A program made the translations under genes and the position numbers. Below the pieces are notes generated by a model. The model was not told the origin of the DNA. It did not search any database and saw only the letters and a list, made by a program, of their open reading frames with translations. A DNA stretch of 54,185 bases from the NCBI GenBank assembly GCA_029858565.1, contig JAOUEV010000018.1, positions 1 to 54,185 on the forward strand, read 5' to 3'. The DNA comes from Nitrospirota bacterium (GTDB taxonomy: Bacteria > Nitrospirota > UBA9217). This document shows, piece by piece, positions 9,775 to 19,445 of this stretch (within the stretch, counting starts at the first letter, position 1; the number at the start of each line of letters is the position of its first letter).

Positions 9775-10788
9775 ATGATCTTGTTGTGGATTGAATTCCT
9801 CATCTGTTCAGCTGTCATCGTTTACTGTGGCGCGAACCTGTCGCGGTACGGCGACGTGATCGCCGAGAAGACCGGGCTCGGCAGGGCATGGATCGGGCTT
9901 ATCCTGATGTCCGGGGTCACGTCGCTTCCCGAACTTATCACCGGCATCAGTTCCGTGGCCTTTGCCGACGCTCCTGATATCGCCATGGGCGACGTGATGG
10001 GGAGCTGCGTGTTCAACCTGTCGCTCATCGCGCTCATGGACATGCTGCATGGCCCGCATCCCATATTTTCCAAGGCCGAGCACAGTCACATCCTGAGCGC
10101 GGGATTCGGCGCGATCCTCATGGGCATTGCCGTGCTGTCCATCGCTTCCGGAACAGCTCTGCCTGCAATCGGACACATCTCCATTGCGACGCCGGTCATT
10201 GTCGGATTCTATGCCCTCTCCATGCGGAGCGTGTTCCTGTTCCAGAAGCGGCAGGTTGCGGAACACATCGGCGAGATCGCGCCGGAGCTTCAATACGGCA
10301 GCATCACCACACGGGAAGCTGCGATCAAGTACGGTCTGAACGCCCTGGTGATCGTCATCGCCGCATCTTGGCTGCCTTTTATCGGCGACCGTCTTGCGGA
10401 AGTTACCGGTCTGGGCCGGAGCTTTGTGGGTTCCATCCTGATCGCCATGACCACGTCGCTGCCGGAACTGGTCGTGTCCATCACCGCGCTCAGGATCGGG
10501 GCGGCTGACATGGCGATAGCGAATCTCATGGGAAGCAACCTGTTCAACATGGTCATTCTCGGCATCGACGATATGGCCTATGCAAAGGGCGCGCTGTTCA
10601 GCGCGGTTTCGCAAAACCATGCCATCACCGGCACGATCGCCGTGATTATGACCGGGATCGTGATCGTCAGCCTCATGTACCGGCTGGAGAAAAAAACTGT
10701 CCTGCGCATCGGATGGGACGCCCTTGCTCTGGCGCTTGCCTATCTCGTGAATATAGCGCTTCTGTACAGCTTGCGCGGCAGGGGATAG
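9775..10788 (+). CDS. CaCA family Na+/Ca2+ (cation:H+) antiporter
   Basis: Two alpha-repeats: TSLPEL...GSCVFN and TSLPEL...GSNLFN. Confidence 0.9.
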   Translation: MILLWIEFLICSAVIVYCGANLSRYGDVIAEKTGLGRAWIGLILMSGVTSLPELITGISSVAFADAPDIAMGDVMGSCVFNLSLIALMDMLHGPHPIFSKAEHSHILSAGFGAILMGIAVLSIASGTALPAIGHISIATPVIVGFYALSMRSVFLFQKRQVAEHIGEIAPELQYGSITTREAAIKYGLNALVIVIAASWLPFIGDRLAEVTGLGRSFVGSILIAMTTSLPELVVSITALRIGAADMAIANLMGSNLFNMVILGIDDMAYAKGALFSAVSQNHAITGTIAVIMTGIVIVSLMYRLEKKTVLRIGWDALALALAYLVNIALLYSLRGRG

Positions 10789-10837
10789 CCGTTATTGCGC
10801 AGTATTATATTAGCAACTGTCGAGAGAGGAAATAGCC

Positions 10838-13522
10838 ATGCATAGTCGAAAAACCCGGTACATCGTTCTCGCAGGTGTCGTTCTGTTCCTGTTGTCGTTC
10901 CTGTCCTCTTTCTTCGGATTGGCGGTTGACTGGCTCTTTTTCAAAGAGACCGGTTATACCGCGGTCTTCACCAGGACCCTTTTCACCAAGATCGGGCTGG
11001 GCGTCTTTTTCGGCCTGGCGCTCGCAGCACTTGTCCTGGTCAACGCGCTCCTTGCCCGGAAGATCGCGTTCCCGCGCCGCCAGTTTTTCTTCGGGGAAGG
11101 GGTCCCGCCCTTTTCCACTGACCAGATCGATCGTCTTCTCCTTCCGCTTGTTCTGATTGGTACGGCGCTCATGGCGCTGATCGTCGGACAGTGGGGCGGC
11201 AATCAGTGGCAGGATCTTCTGCTCTTTACCCAGGGGAAACCGGTGGGGATCGTAGATCCGATACTGGGAAAGGATATCGGATTCTACTTTTTCACCCTGC
11301 CGTTCATCGAGACGCTGAAGGGTTTCGCCGGGTTTTCGCTGGTCCTTGCCGCTGCGGTCACGGCGCTGCTCTATTTCCTGCGGGGCGGCATCGTAGCGAG
11401 CGAGCGGGGCATTTCCGTGGCTCCGCAGACAAGGCGCCACCTGGCGGTTCTGGCCGGCCTGATCCTGGTGAATACGGGCTTGGGATTCTACCTGGACACC
11501 TATCACCTCCTGTACTCTGACGGTGGAGCGGTCTACGGAGCGGGGTACACCGATGTGCATGCCCGGCTGCCGGTGTTACGCGCGCTTGCGGTCATGTTCA
11601 TCGCAGCGGCGCCGCTCCTGGTGGCGGGCGCGTGGAAAGGATCATGGCGTCTGGCGCTCCTGCCGCTTGCAATCACCGCGGCGCTGTATCTTGTCGGCAA
11701 CAAGCTCTATCCTTCGGGACTGCAGCAGTTCAAGGTCGCTCCCAACGAATTGGCGCTGGAGACCCCGTATCTCGCCCACAACATACGATTTACCCGCATG
11801 GGTTTCGATCTGGACAAGATCGAGGTGAGCCCCTTTGACGTTGACTATAATCTGACGGCCCGGGATATCGAGAAGAACGACGCAACCATCAGGAACGTCA
11901 GGCTCTGGGACCATGTGCCGCTGCTCCGGACGTACAGCCAGCTCCAGCAGATCCGCACGTACTATAAGTTCTTCGACGTGGACAACGACCGCTACACCGT
12001 GAACGGCGAATATTCGCAGATCATGCTCTCTCCGCGGGAGCTTTCCTACGGTGACCTGCCGAGCCGCAACTGGATCAATGAACGGCTGATCTTCACCCAC
12101 GGAAACGGATTCGCCATGGGACCGGTCAGCAGGATCAGCAGGGAAGGCCTGCCCGAGTTCACGGTAAAGGACATCCCGCCGGCGAGTTCGGCCCCGGAGG
12201 TCCGCATCACCCGGCCCGAGATCTATTACGGCGAACTGTCCAACGACTACGTGATCGTGAATACCCGGGTGCCCGAGTTCAGCTATCCCACCACCGACGA
12301 GAACATCTACACCACCTATAAGGGCAGCGGCGGCGTGGGCATCGGATCCCTGCCGCTGAGGGCGCTCTTTGCCGCCAGGTTCAGGACCGAGAAGATCCTC
12401 CTCTCGTCGGACATCCAGCGGTCGAGCAGGATCCTGTACAACCGGAACATCGGCGAACGAGTGAAAGCAGTGGCTCCGTTCCTGGTGTTCGATCAGGACC
12501 CCTATATGGTGGTTCAGGACGACGGCAAGCTCGTCTGGATCGTCGATGCCTACACCGTTTCCGGGAGGCTGCCCTATTCCCGGCCCTCGGCGCGGGTGAA
12601 CTACATCCGCAACTCGGTCAAGGTGGTGGTGGATGCCTACGACGGATCGCTGGACTTCTACATCAACGATCCCGACGATGTGCTGGTGCAGGCCTACAGC
12701 AGGATTTTCCCGACGCTGTTCAAACCCCTGTCCTTGATGCCCGAAGACCTGCGGAAGCATATCCGCTATCCCCACCGGTTCCTGCAGGTCCAGGCCTCGC
12801 TCTTCGCGGCCTATCACATGACCGACCCCCAGGTGTTCTACAACAAGGAGAACCTCTGGGAAGTGCCTCAGCACGAGGGCAAGGTCATGGAGCCTTACTA
12901 CACGGTCATGAAACTGCCGGGAGAGAAGAAGGAGGAGTACATCCTGCTGCTGCCGTTCACCCCGGCAAAGCGCGACAACCTGGCCGCCTGGATCACGGCG
13001 CGGTGCGACGGACAGAACTACGGCAAGATCATCGCGTACACCTTTCCCCGCGACCGGCTCATCTACGGACCGAAGCAGATCGACGCCCGCATCAACCAGG
13101 ATTCCGCCATCTCCCAGCAGCTCACGCTCTGGAGCCAGCGCGGCTCCCAGGTCATCCGCGGCAGCCTGCTGGTCATCCCCATGGAGCGTTCGCTTCTGTA
13201 TGTGCAGCCCCTGTACCTTGCTTCAGCTGACAAGGGCAGCCTTCCCGAACTGCGCCGGGTGATCGTGGCGTACGAGAACGAAGTGGTGATGGAAGAGAAC
13301 CTGGAACTGGCTCTGTACAAGCTCTTCGGCGGCAAGAGGCCGGAACAGGCGGCATCCGGCAGAGCGGCGGCGACGACGACGACCCTTGGCCCGGCCGAAC
13401 TGGCCAAACAGGCGCTCAAGGCATACGAGCGGGCGCTGGAACTGCAGCGTCAGGGCAATTGGGCGGGATACGGCGAGCAGCTGAGGAGCCTGGAAGAGGT
13501 CCTGAGGAAGCTGGCAAAATGA
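10838..13522 (+). CDS. UPF0182 family membrane protein
   Basis: DWLFF, DIGFYFFTLP, YFQ-type 'QLQQIRTYY', NYIRNSVK, YVQPLY motifs and C-terminal GNWAGYGE. Confidence 0.9.
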   Translation: MHSRKTRYIVLAGVVLFLLSFLSSFFGLAVDWLFFKETGYTAVFTRTLFTKIGLGVFFGLALAALVLVNALLARKIAFPRRQFFFGEGVPPFSTDQIDRLLLPLVLIGTALMALIVGQWGGNQWQDLLLFTQGKPVGIVDPILGKDIGFYFFTLPFIETLKGFAGFSLVLAAAVTALLYFLRGGIVASERGISVAPQTRRHLAVLAGLILVNTGLGFYLDTYHLLYSDGGAVYGAGYTDVHARLPVLRALAVMFIAAAPLLVAGAWKGSWRLALLPLAITAALYLVGNKLYPSGLQQFKVAPNELALETPYLAHNIRFTRMGFDLDKIEVSPFDVDYNLTARDIEKNDATIRNVRLWDHVPLLRTYSQLQQIRTYYKFFDVDNDRYTVNGEYSQIMLSPRELSYGDLPSRNWINERLIFTHGNGFAMGPVSRISREGLPEFTVKDIPPASSAPEVRITRPEIYYGELSNDYVIVNTRVPEFSYPTTDENIYTTYKGSGGVGIGSLPLRALFAARFRTEKILLSSDIQRSSRILYNRNIGERVKAVAPFLVFDQDPYMVVQDDGKLVWIVDAYTVSGRLPYSRPSARVNYIRNSVKVVVDAYDGSLDFYINDPDDVLVQAYSRIFPTLFKPLSLMPEDLRKHIRYPHRFLQVQASLFAAYHMTDPQVFYNKENLWEVPQHEGKVMEPYYTVMKLPGEKKEEYILLLPFTPAKRDNLAAWITARCDGQNYGKIIAYTFPRDRLIYGPKQIDARINQDSAISQQLTLWSQRGSQVIRGSLLVIPMERSLLYVQPLYLASADKGSLPELRRVIVAYENEVVMEENLELALYKLFGGKRPEQAASGRAAATTTTLGPAELAKQALKAYERALELQRQGNWAGYGEQLRSLEEVLRKLAK

Positions 13523-14340
13523 CGATGAGCAGGGATGCAGCGGGATCAAGGCTTGTCATCTTCACTGACCTTGACGGGACGCTGCTCGATGGATCCACCT
13601 ATTCCTTTGAAAAAGCGCTGCCGGCGCTGGAGATGGTCCGACAGCGAAGGGTCCCTCTCGTCTTTGTTTCGAGCAAGACCCGGGCGGAGTTGGAGGTCTG
13701 GCGTGAACGTTTGCAGAACGCGCACCCCTTCATCTCGGAGAATGGCGGTGGGATATTTCTTCCCGAGGGATATTTTCCTTTTCCTCTGGACGCCGTTCCC
13801 TGGGAGGGGTACCGGCTGATTACGCTTGGCATGCCCTATGAAGCGGTCCGGAGACGGTTCATCGCCATGCGTGAACGACTGAATATCAAGGCGCGCGGTT
13901 TCGGGGATATGACGGACCGGGAAGTGGCCGACCTGACCGCACTCCCGCTGGCTGATGCCCGGCTGGCAAAGCAGCGGGATTTCGAAGAACCCTTTGTGTT
14001 CGAGGGCAGTCCTGATGATCGATTGATGCAGGAGATCGAGCGGGAAGGCTTGCGCTGGACCCAGGGAGAATTCTTCCATATCATGGGCGATCATCACAAG
14101 GGAAGAGCTGTCGAGATGCTGACAAGGTTGTATGTTCAGCAGCACGGGCCGGTCACCGCATTCGGGATCGGCGACAGTCTGAACGACCTACCATTCCTTC
14201 TTGCCGTAGATCGTCCGGTATTGGTCAGGAAAATGAACGGCAGGCATGACGATCGCATCAATATCCCCGGTTTGATCCGGACAAATGGTATCGGACCAGA
14301 GGGATGGAACGAGGCGATCCTGTCCTTGTTGTCGTCCTGA
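13519..14340 (+). CDS. gpgP: mannosyl/glucosyl-3-phosphoglycerate phosphatase (HAD-IIB, MpgP/GpgP)
   Basis: FTDLDGTLLD, SSKTRAE, ISENGG, GDSLND and GPEGWNE motifs; ATGA overlap with the upstream gene. Confidence 0.8.
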   Translation: MTMSRDAAGSRLVIFTDLDGTLLDGSTYSFEKALPALEMVRQRRVPLVFVSSKTRAELEVWRERLQNAHPFISENGGGIFLPEGYFPFPLDAVPWEGYRLITLGMPYEAVRRRFIAMRERLNIKARGFGDMTDREVADLTALPLADARLAKQRDFEEPFVFEGSPDDRLMQEIEREGLRWTQGEFFHIMGDHHKGRAVEMLTRLYVQQHGPVTAFGIGDSLNDLPFLLAVDRPVLVRKMNGRHDDRINIPGLIRTNGIGPEGWNEAILSLLSS

Positions 14341-14646
14341 AGAAGTCAGTTTTATGTTCCTGCGCTTGAGCTGATAAGCACAACTATCCCCATCCAGTGC
14401 TCAGACACTGTCGTCATAAAAATCCCTTACTAGGAATGGTACCGCGCCGGGTTTTGATGTTGATGTGTCATACTTTCAACTGCCCTGATCATCCTTCTAC
14501 AGGATATATCCTCTTGTAGCCTGCGCTTAGGTCCTTTCTGCATGAAATACTACAGTAATAAGAGCATATGGATGATTCAACCTGATTGTTGTTCTGTCTT
14601 AATCTTGAACTCCATTGATAATACAAGAGTAAACCTTCCCACTGAC

Positions 14647-14663
14647 CTGGCATGGCCTATGCA
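14647..14663 (+). promoter_or_regulatory. putative sigma54 (-24/-12) promoter
   Basis: CTGGCATGGCCTATGCA has GG-N10-GC spacing and lies in an AT-rich intergenic region. Confidence 0.55.
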
Positions 14664-14807
14664 ATATAAAGGTCAATAGGAGTGATAAAGAACACTTGTA
14701 TAAATGATCATGAAAGGCGGTGATGCGGGAATATCGGTAAAAAATTGAATGTGTAATTTCGGGAAATCTGTGCTGCACTGACGTTAAAAAAGAAAGAGGT
14801 GGCTAAG

Positions 14808-15158
14808 ATGAAGAAAACTATATTCATAATGACATTAGCGATGTTTACCTTCGCGTTTGGCACGGCGTTCGCCTGGAATGACGACGCGCCGTTCATGATC
14901 AACGAGAACGCGTATTACGCCCCGGTTTTCAGCTCGCAGGACTTCGGTTCGACCGGGCCCAGGATCGCGGAATACACCAACGACGACGTACCTGTCTACT
15001 ATGAAAAACGTATGCGTGGTGAGACCATTCTCACGGAGAGAGCGGTCAGAGGTACGGCTGCCGGCGGAGTAAGTTCCGAAGCCGGTGACAAGGCCTGGGA
15101 TTCCTTTGCAAAGACAATCAGTCCTGACCGGGCATCGGATCAGCTCCCGGTGTTGTAG
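14808..15158 (+). CDS. small secreted protein of unknown function
   Basis: gaggt RBS; signal peptide MKKTIFIMTLAMFTFAFGTAFA. Confidence 0.8.
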   Translation: MKKTIFIMTLAMFTFAFGTAFAWNDDAPFMINENAYYAPVFSSQDFGSTGPRIAEYTNDDVPVYYEKRMRGETILTERAVRGTAAGGVSSEAGDKAWDSFAKTISPDRASDQLPVL

Positions 15159-15365
15159 CATAATCGTTCGATCGACAGCACATGCAGGAGGCTATCGATG
15201 AAACAGATCCATCAACTGCATATAAAGCCAGCGCCCATTTCCCGATGGCACATTGAAAAGACCGGTTCCCGCATCCTGATGGCAGGAGAAGACAGATAGC
15301 CTGATCGTACAGGATCAAAGTAATGGCGACGCGATACTTAAGCGCTGCGGAGGAGGTGATAGATC

Positions 15366-15584
15366 ATGAAGGTGGCACTGTTCAATGTGGATAAAAGTCT
15401 TTGCGCGGAGTGCTCTCTTGCGCTCAGGCGTTTCATCGGCGGGATCGATGGTGTTGAATCCGTTGATGCTGAGCAGGGGAAGATCGCCGTCAAATTCGAT
15501 GAGGCGGTCATTGACAATGACAGCGTGCAAAAGATAACCAAAGACAGTATCGATCGGCTGGGATACAAGCTGTATGATAGCTGA
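15366..15584 (+). CDS. heavy-metal-associated (HMA/CopZ-like) protein
   Basis: 72 aa with CAEC motif followed by GIDGVESV; ggaggaggt RBS. Confidence 0.8.
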   Translation: MKVALFNVDKSLCAECSLALRRFIGGIDGVESVDAEQGKIAVKFDEAVIDNDSVQKITKDSIDRLGYKLYDS

Positions 15585-15684
15585 TCTGAAATGATCGATC
15601 AGCCACGCGAAGAATGAAGTAAATTGATTGGCACACAAATAATATGTGTTGAAATTGATTGTCAAATATGATAGTCTATGGTCA

Positions 15685-16131
15685 ATGAGCAAAGTGATAA
15701 CAAATATCAGCAGGCTTCTTCTTCTTTTTTACGCTGTGTACGCGTTTTCGCCTATTTATGCATCGTTGTCCGGAAGCGACGATATGCATACGAAGGAAGC
15801 TCATGGGTCGACGCCTTACTCTGTCGGGATCCTGTGGCTCGGCATTATGCTGGATGAGGTCCTGAACAACGGCGGGGCCGAGGGAACGCAGGAACTTTCC
15901 GCGTCTGGCGAGGACGATGATCTCGTCTTTATCAAGAAAAAGAGAACGATCACCCGCAAGCGTCCTCTGCTGAAGCCCATCGTGCAGGTTGTGGGGCTGG
16001 CTGTTACCCCGGAGCCTGATTCGGAAGTCAATCAGCATCCCTATGATGTCCCCTGTGACCTGCTTCACAACCAGCAGGACAGATATTATTCACGCAGTAC
16101 CGGACTTTCCCCTCCGTCTCTTCTCTCATAG
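15685..16131 (+). CDS. hypothetical membrane or exported protein ending in TGLSPP
   Basis: N-terminal hydrophobic helix, acidic/basic patch DDDLVFIKKKR. Start position uncertain. Confidence 0.6.
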   Translation: MSKVITNISRLLLLFYAVYAFSPIYASLSGSDDMHTKEAHGSTPYSVGILWLGIMLDEVLNNGGAEGTQELSASGEDDDLVFIKKKRTITRKRPLLKPIVQVVGLAVTPEPDSEVNQHPYDVPCDLLHNQQDRYYSRSTGLSPPSLLS

Positions 16132-16345
16132 CTGCATCTGTAGTGAACCCCATTAAAGGAATCAAGACGACCCGCTTCCCGAGGTAGACCGTCCACGCTT
16201 GGAGCTGTCAGCATGCTCGACAGCGTGCGCACTGTTCCACGACCGTTCGGCATGATCGGGCTTGTCACCTGTCCGCGCGTTCATCTGCTTCTGCATCGAA
16301 GAAGCACCGCTGCATGTTTGCGGGCACTTGCGAGAGGAGAAAACC

Positions 16346-17632
16346 ATGTTTATGAATACTGGAATCAGTCGGCTGGGCACCCAACAGCCTTGTAAACGCA
16401 CGGTCAGAAGGGAACTGACCCGTGGCATAAAGCTCGGGAAACTTATGCTGGCTATTGCCGTTGCTGCGGTCGTTATGATCACCGGAGCACCGGCGGCGGA
16501 TGCCGCTGTCACCATGATCGATGCATTTCCTGCCACGCCCCAGATCAACGATGCCACCACATCACCTGCTACCGCGGCCTACACCCCCTCAGCGGGGACG
16601 AACAGGCTGATCGTCGTTGAGGTGACGAACATCCCGAACAACACCACGGTAACGACGATATCCGTTACCTATGGCTCCAATAATGTTCCGGCAACGTATG
16701 TTATAGACTCGGCGAACAATCAGCGGCGGCAGGCATGGTTGTTCTATCTCACCGAGGCGGACATCGCCGCTGCTTCGGGGAACACGATCACCGTGACGAA
16801 CGATAATGCGGTGAACTTCTCGGTGAACATCGCCGCATTCGCGGGTGTTGATCAGATAACGCCGGTAACTGCTTTCGATGGCCAATACATCAACAATACG
16901 GCGGCGATCCTCAATTATACCGCTCCGCTCAGCGTGAATGCCGGAGGGTACGGCATCATTGCCGCAGGCTCCAATACCACAGGGGGCACCATCGGAGAAT
17001 CCTACGTTGATCATGGCGAGACAGCGGTAGGGACGGGCTTTTCGCGGCTGGGGTCCCTTGCCTTTGCAGCCGGGGGCACGACGGATCCAGGCATCGACTA
17101 TGGAGGGACTACTGTGAGGGCCGGCGTGGTGGGAATGACCCTCAATCCTGCTCCAGTAGCCGGCCCCGGTACCCTGAGCCTTGTGTCCGCAACTTACACA
17201 GTGGGGGAGAACGCCGGGACCGTCGTGCTGGAGGTTGCCCGGACCGGGGGCGTGACGGGCGCGGTCGGTGTGGCTTATGCCACGGCCAATGGAACGGCAA
17301 TAAGCGGGAGCGATTATACGGCTGCATCGGGCTCACTGTCATGGGCTGGTGGCGACTCGGCGAACAAAACGATCACCATATCGATCATAAACGACACAAC
17401 TGTCGAGACCAGCGAGGACTTCAACGTGACCCTCAGCAGTCCGACCGGAGGCGCCGTGCTGGGGACGCCCTTTACCAGCACAGTTACCATCACTGATGAC
17501 GACGGCGCGCCGGCAGCGCAGGTGCCGGCGGGTAATCTGCTGCTCTTTGCGTCACTTGCCGGAGGGATGCTGATCTATGGCGGCAGGCTGCTTCGGAAGA
17601 AGAGTGACCGCGGTGATCACGATCAACAGTGA
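16346..17632 (+). CDS. secreted Thr/Ala-rich Calx-beta domain surface protein with C-terminal sorting signal
   Basis: gaggag RBS; signal peptide ending AADA; Calx-beta pattern (YTVGENAG...TANGTA.SGSDY...IINDTTVE.SEDFNVTL...VTITDDD); tail VPAG + TM helix + RLLRKK. Confidence 0.85.
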   Translation: MFMNTGISRLGTQQPCKRTVRRELTRGIKLGKLMLAIAVAAVVMITGAPAADAAVTMIDAFPATPQINDATTSPATAAYTPSAGTNRLIVVEVTNIPNNTTVTTISVTYGSNNVPATYVIDSANNQRRQAWLFYLTEADIAAASGNTITVTNDNAVNFSVNIAAFAGVDQITPVTAFDGQYINNTAAILNYTAPLSVNAGGYGIIAAGSNTTGGTIGESYVDHGETAVGTGFSRLGSLAFAAGGTTDPGIDYGGTTVRAGVVGMTLNPAPVAGPGTLSLVSATYTVGENAGTVVLEVARTGGVTGAVGVAYATANGTAISGSDYTAASGSLSWAGGDSANKTITISIINDTTVETSEDFNVTLSSPTGGAVLGTPFTSTVTITDDDGAPAAQVPAGNLLLFASLAGGMLIYGGRLLRKKSDRGDHDQQ

Positions 17633-17652
17633 CCCGTTTTGTTCTTTTGTAA

Positions 17653-17702
17653 GGGGGCCGGTCCGGACAGCGAGCCGGCCCCCCGATTCCTGGCATTTTT
17701 TA
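17653..17702 (+). terminator. hairpin or terminator after the surface-protein gene
   Basis: GGGGGCCGG...CCGGCCCCC inverted repeat with a downstream T-tract. Confidence 0.5.
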
Positions 17703-17766
17703 CTGTTCTGGCAGCAGATGTGAGAACGCAGGCAAAAGAGTTGAACACTCGCCGGAAGGAGCTGTT

Positions 17767-18750
17767 GTGGACCGGAAATTCATCATCCGTCTGAGCATCT
17801 ATCTCACGGCATTCCTGCTGCTGGAGCAGATCCCGCTGTCCTTTCTCCAGGGTCTGAAGGTATTCACCGCGGATTCTGTGACAGCATTCTGGGGGATCTT
17901 TTCACCCGTGAGTTCAGCGGAAACGTCCATTGATTTCATCGGATTCCCCATGGTCGTGACCCTTGAGTGCACGGCTATCCACTATATGACCATCTATGCA
18001 AGCGGTGTCCTGGCTTACACAGAGCACTCATTACGCTACCGGGCGACCGGTTTATTCATGGGATGCATGGCGATCTACCTGTTGAACATCCTGCGGATCG
18101 GGGTCGTGGGCTATGTGGGATATTCGCAGAGGGAATATTTCGATTTTGTCCATGCCTATCTCTGGCAGGGATCGTTCGCGCTCGTCGTTTTCATGTTCTG
18201 GGCGTTCTGGATCAAAGGGGCGGCAACAGCAAAGGCAGTGTTTTCCCGTCAGGCAGCGATATATCTGGGCAGCGCACTGGCTGCCGCGGCGGTTCTGGTG
18301 CTCCTCATGCAACCTTATGCCGCCATTCTCTCATGGGCTGCTGATGTCATTTTCAGCATCGTCCCGGGACTGCCGCATCTCCAGGTAGTGGCGCACGGGG
18401 CTGATGTAGGCTATGTACTTCCAGAAGGGATCCAGTACAACAGGATCTCAAAGGATGTCATGAGCGCAGTCATATTCTTTTCGATCGCGGCGGGGACCTT
18501 CGCAAGAGGTCAAAGCAGGATGCTGGTCAAGCGTCTTGGAGCGGGATCAATGCTTTTGGTGATGGAACATCTCTTCTTTGTGCTCTTTTATGGGGCGCTT
18601 CTTTCGATGGATCTCTCGGGAGACCTCTTGAGCATTGTCTTGTACTCTGCCGCGGGAATTTCCCTGGCCGCTCCGATATTGATCTGGCTCGTGGTCTCGG
18701 AGTGGTTCTCTGATACTTCGGCAAACGTGCTGGTAGAGGATCCTGATTGA
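17767..18750 (+). CDS. exosortase/archaeosortase family protein (XrtH-like) with an extra C-terminal membrane domain
   Basis: Cys-Arg-His triad motifs LECTAIHY, NILRIG and FVHAYLWQ; polytopic membrane protein. Confidence 0.85.
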   Translation: MDRKFIIRLSIYLTAFLLLEQIPLSFLQGLKVFTADSVTAFWGIFSPVSSAETSIDFIGFPMVVTLECTAIHYMTIYASGVLAYTEHSLRYRATGLFMGCMAIYLLNILRIGVVGYVGYSQREYFDFVHAYLWQGSFALVVFMFWAFWIKGAATAKAVFSRQAAIYLGSALAAAAVLVLLMQPYAAILSWAADVIFSIVPGLPHLQVVAHGADVGYVLPEGIQYNRISKDVMSAVIFFSIAAGTFARGQSRMLVKRLGAGSMLLVMEHLFFVLFYGALLSMDLSGDLLSIVLYSAAGISLAAPILIWLVVSEWFSDTSANVLVEDPD

Positions 18751-18785
18751 AGTTTCATGGAAGGATGAGCGATCCTGCTGAGGGC

Positions 18786-19271
18786 TCATTCAGGCGTGTT
18801 GATCTCCGGCGACCGCATAAGTTTCGGCGGAATTTCCTGTACCCCCAGGATATCCACCAGATAACGCAGGCCTTCGCCGATCACCTTCCGTTTTTCCCGG
18901 GAGAGCTTTTCCAGTCCCGCGACCAGCAGACCCTGCGCTACCTCAGGCGCGCGCCTCACCAGTTCCTTTCCCTTCTCGCTGAGGTCGATCGTGACGACTC
19001 TTCGGTCTGTGGAGGATCGTGTCCTGGTCACGAGCTCTCGTGCCTCGAGCCGGTCGAGGATCCCCACAACCGTGGCAGGGTGCAGGTACATCTGATGCGC
19101 CAGGTCCGAAACGCGTATGGGGGCCTTTTCAGATATTGTTTTTATGGCCCAGAGTTGCGGTCCAGTGATGCCGGATGACTTTTCGGCCTTTTTCGAGTGC
19201 TCATTTACAACCTGAAAAACGCGACGTAAATTGTCAATGATATCTGCGAGTTCTCTATTTTCCGGTTCCAT
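18786..19271 (-). CDS. MarR family transcriptional regulator
   Basis: GITGPQLW, winged helix 'ATVVGILDRLE...RTRSSTDRRVV.IDLSEKG'. Confidence 0.92.
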   Translation of the reverse strand: MEPENRELADIIDNLRRVFQVVNEHSKKAEKSSGITGPQLWAIKTISEKAPIRVSDLAHQMYLHPATVVGILDRLEARELVTRTRSSTDRRVVTIDLSEKGKELVRRAPEVAQGLLVAGLEKLSREKRKVIGEGLRYLVDILGVQEIPPKLMRSPEINTPE

Positions 19272-19316
19272 AATTGATATTTCACCTCGAAAAAACAGTT
19301 GACAACAAAACGGTTA

Positions 19317-19335
19317 TATGCTAATAATTAGCATA
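19317..19335. promoter_or_regulatory. putative MarR operator between overlapping divergent promoters
   Basis: Perfect palindrome TATGCTAAT-A-ATTAGCATA. TTGACA at 19299 (+) and TTGACA-N17-TACTAT at 19386-19358 (-). Confidence 0.65.
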
Positions 19336-19445
19336 CAAATCATTTAAGCACAAATGAATAGTAATTGAGAATTCGGAAAATGTCAACAAGGAAAAGCTGG
19401 GATTTACTGAACAACCGTTACCATTCAAAAGGGGAGGAGTAAAAC

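Noticed and set aside
17720-17766. c-di-GMP-I riboswitch before the exosortase (GGCAAA present)
   Set aside because: No GNRA-capped P2 stem and no GACGCAAA/P3 elements.
18747-19178. 143-aa plus-strand ORF continuing the exosortase operon
   Set aside because: It lies antisense to the clear marR gene and has no recognisable features.
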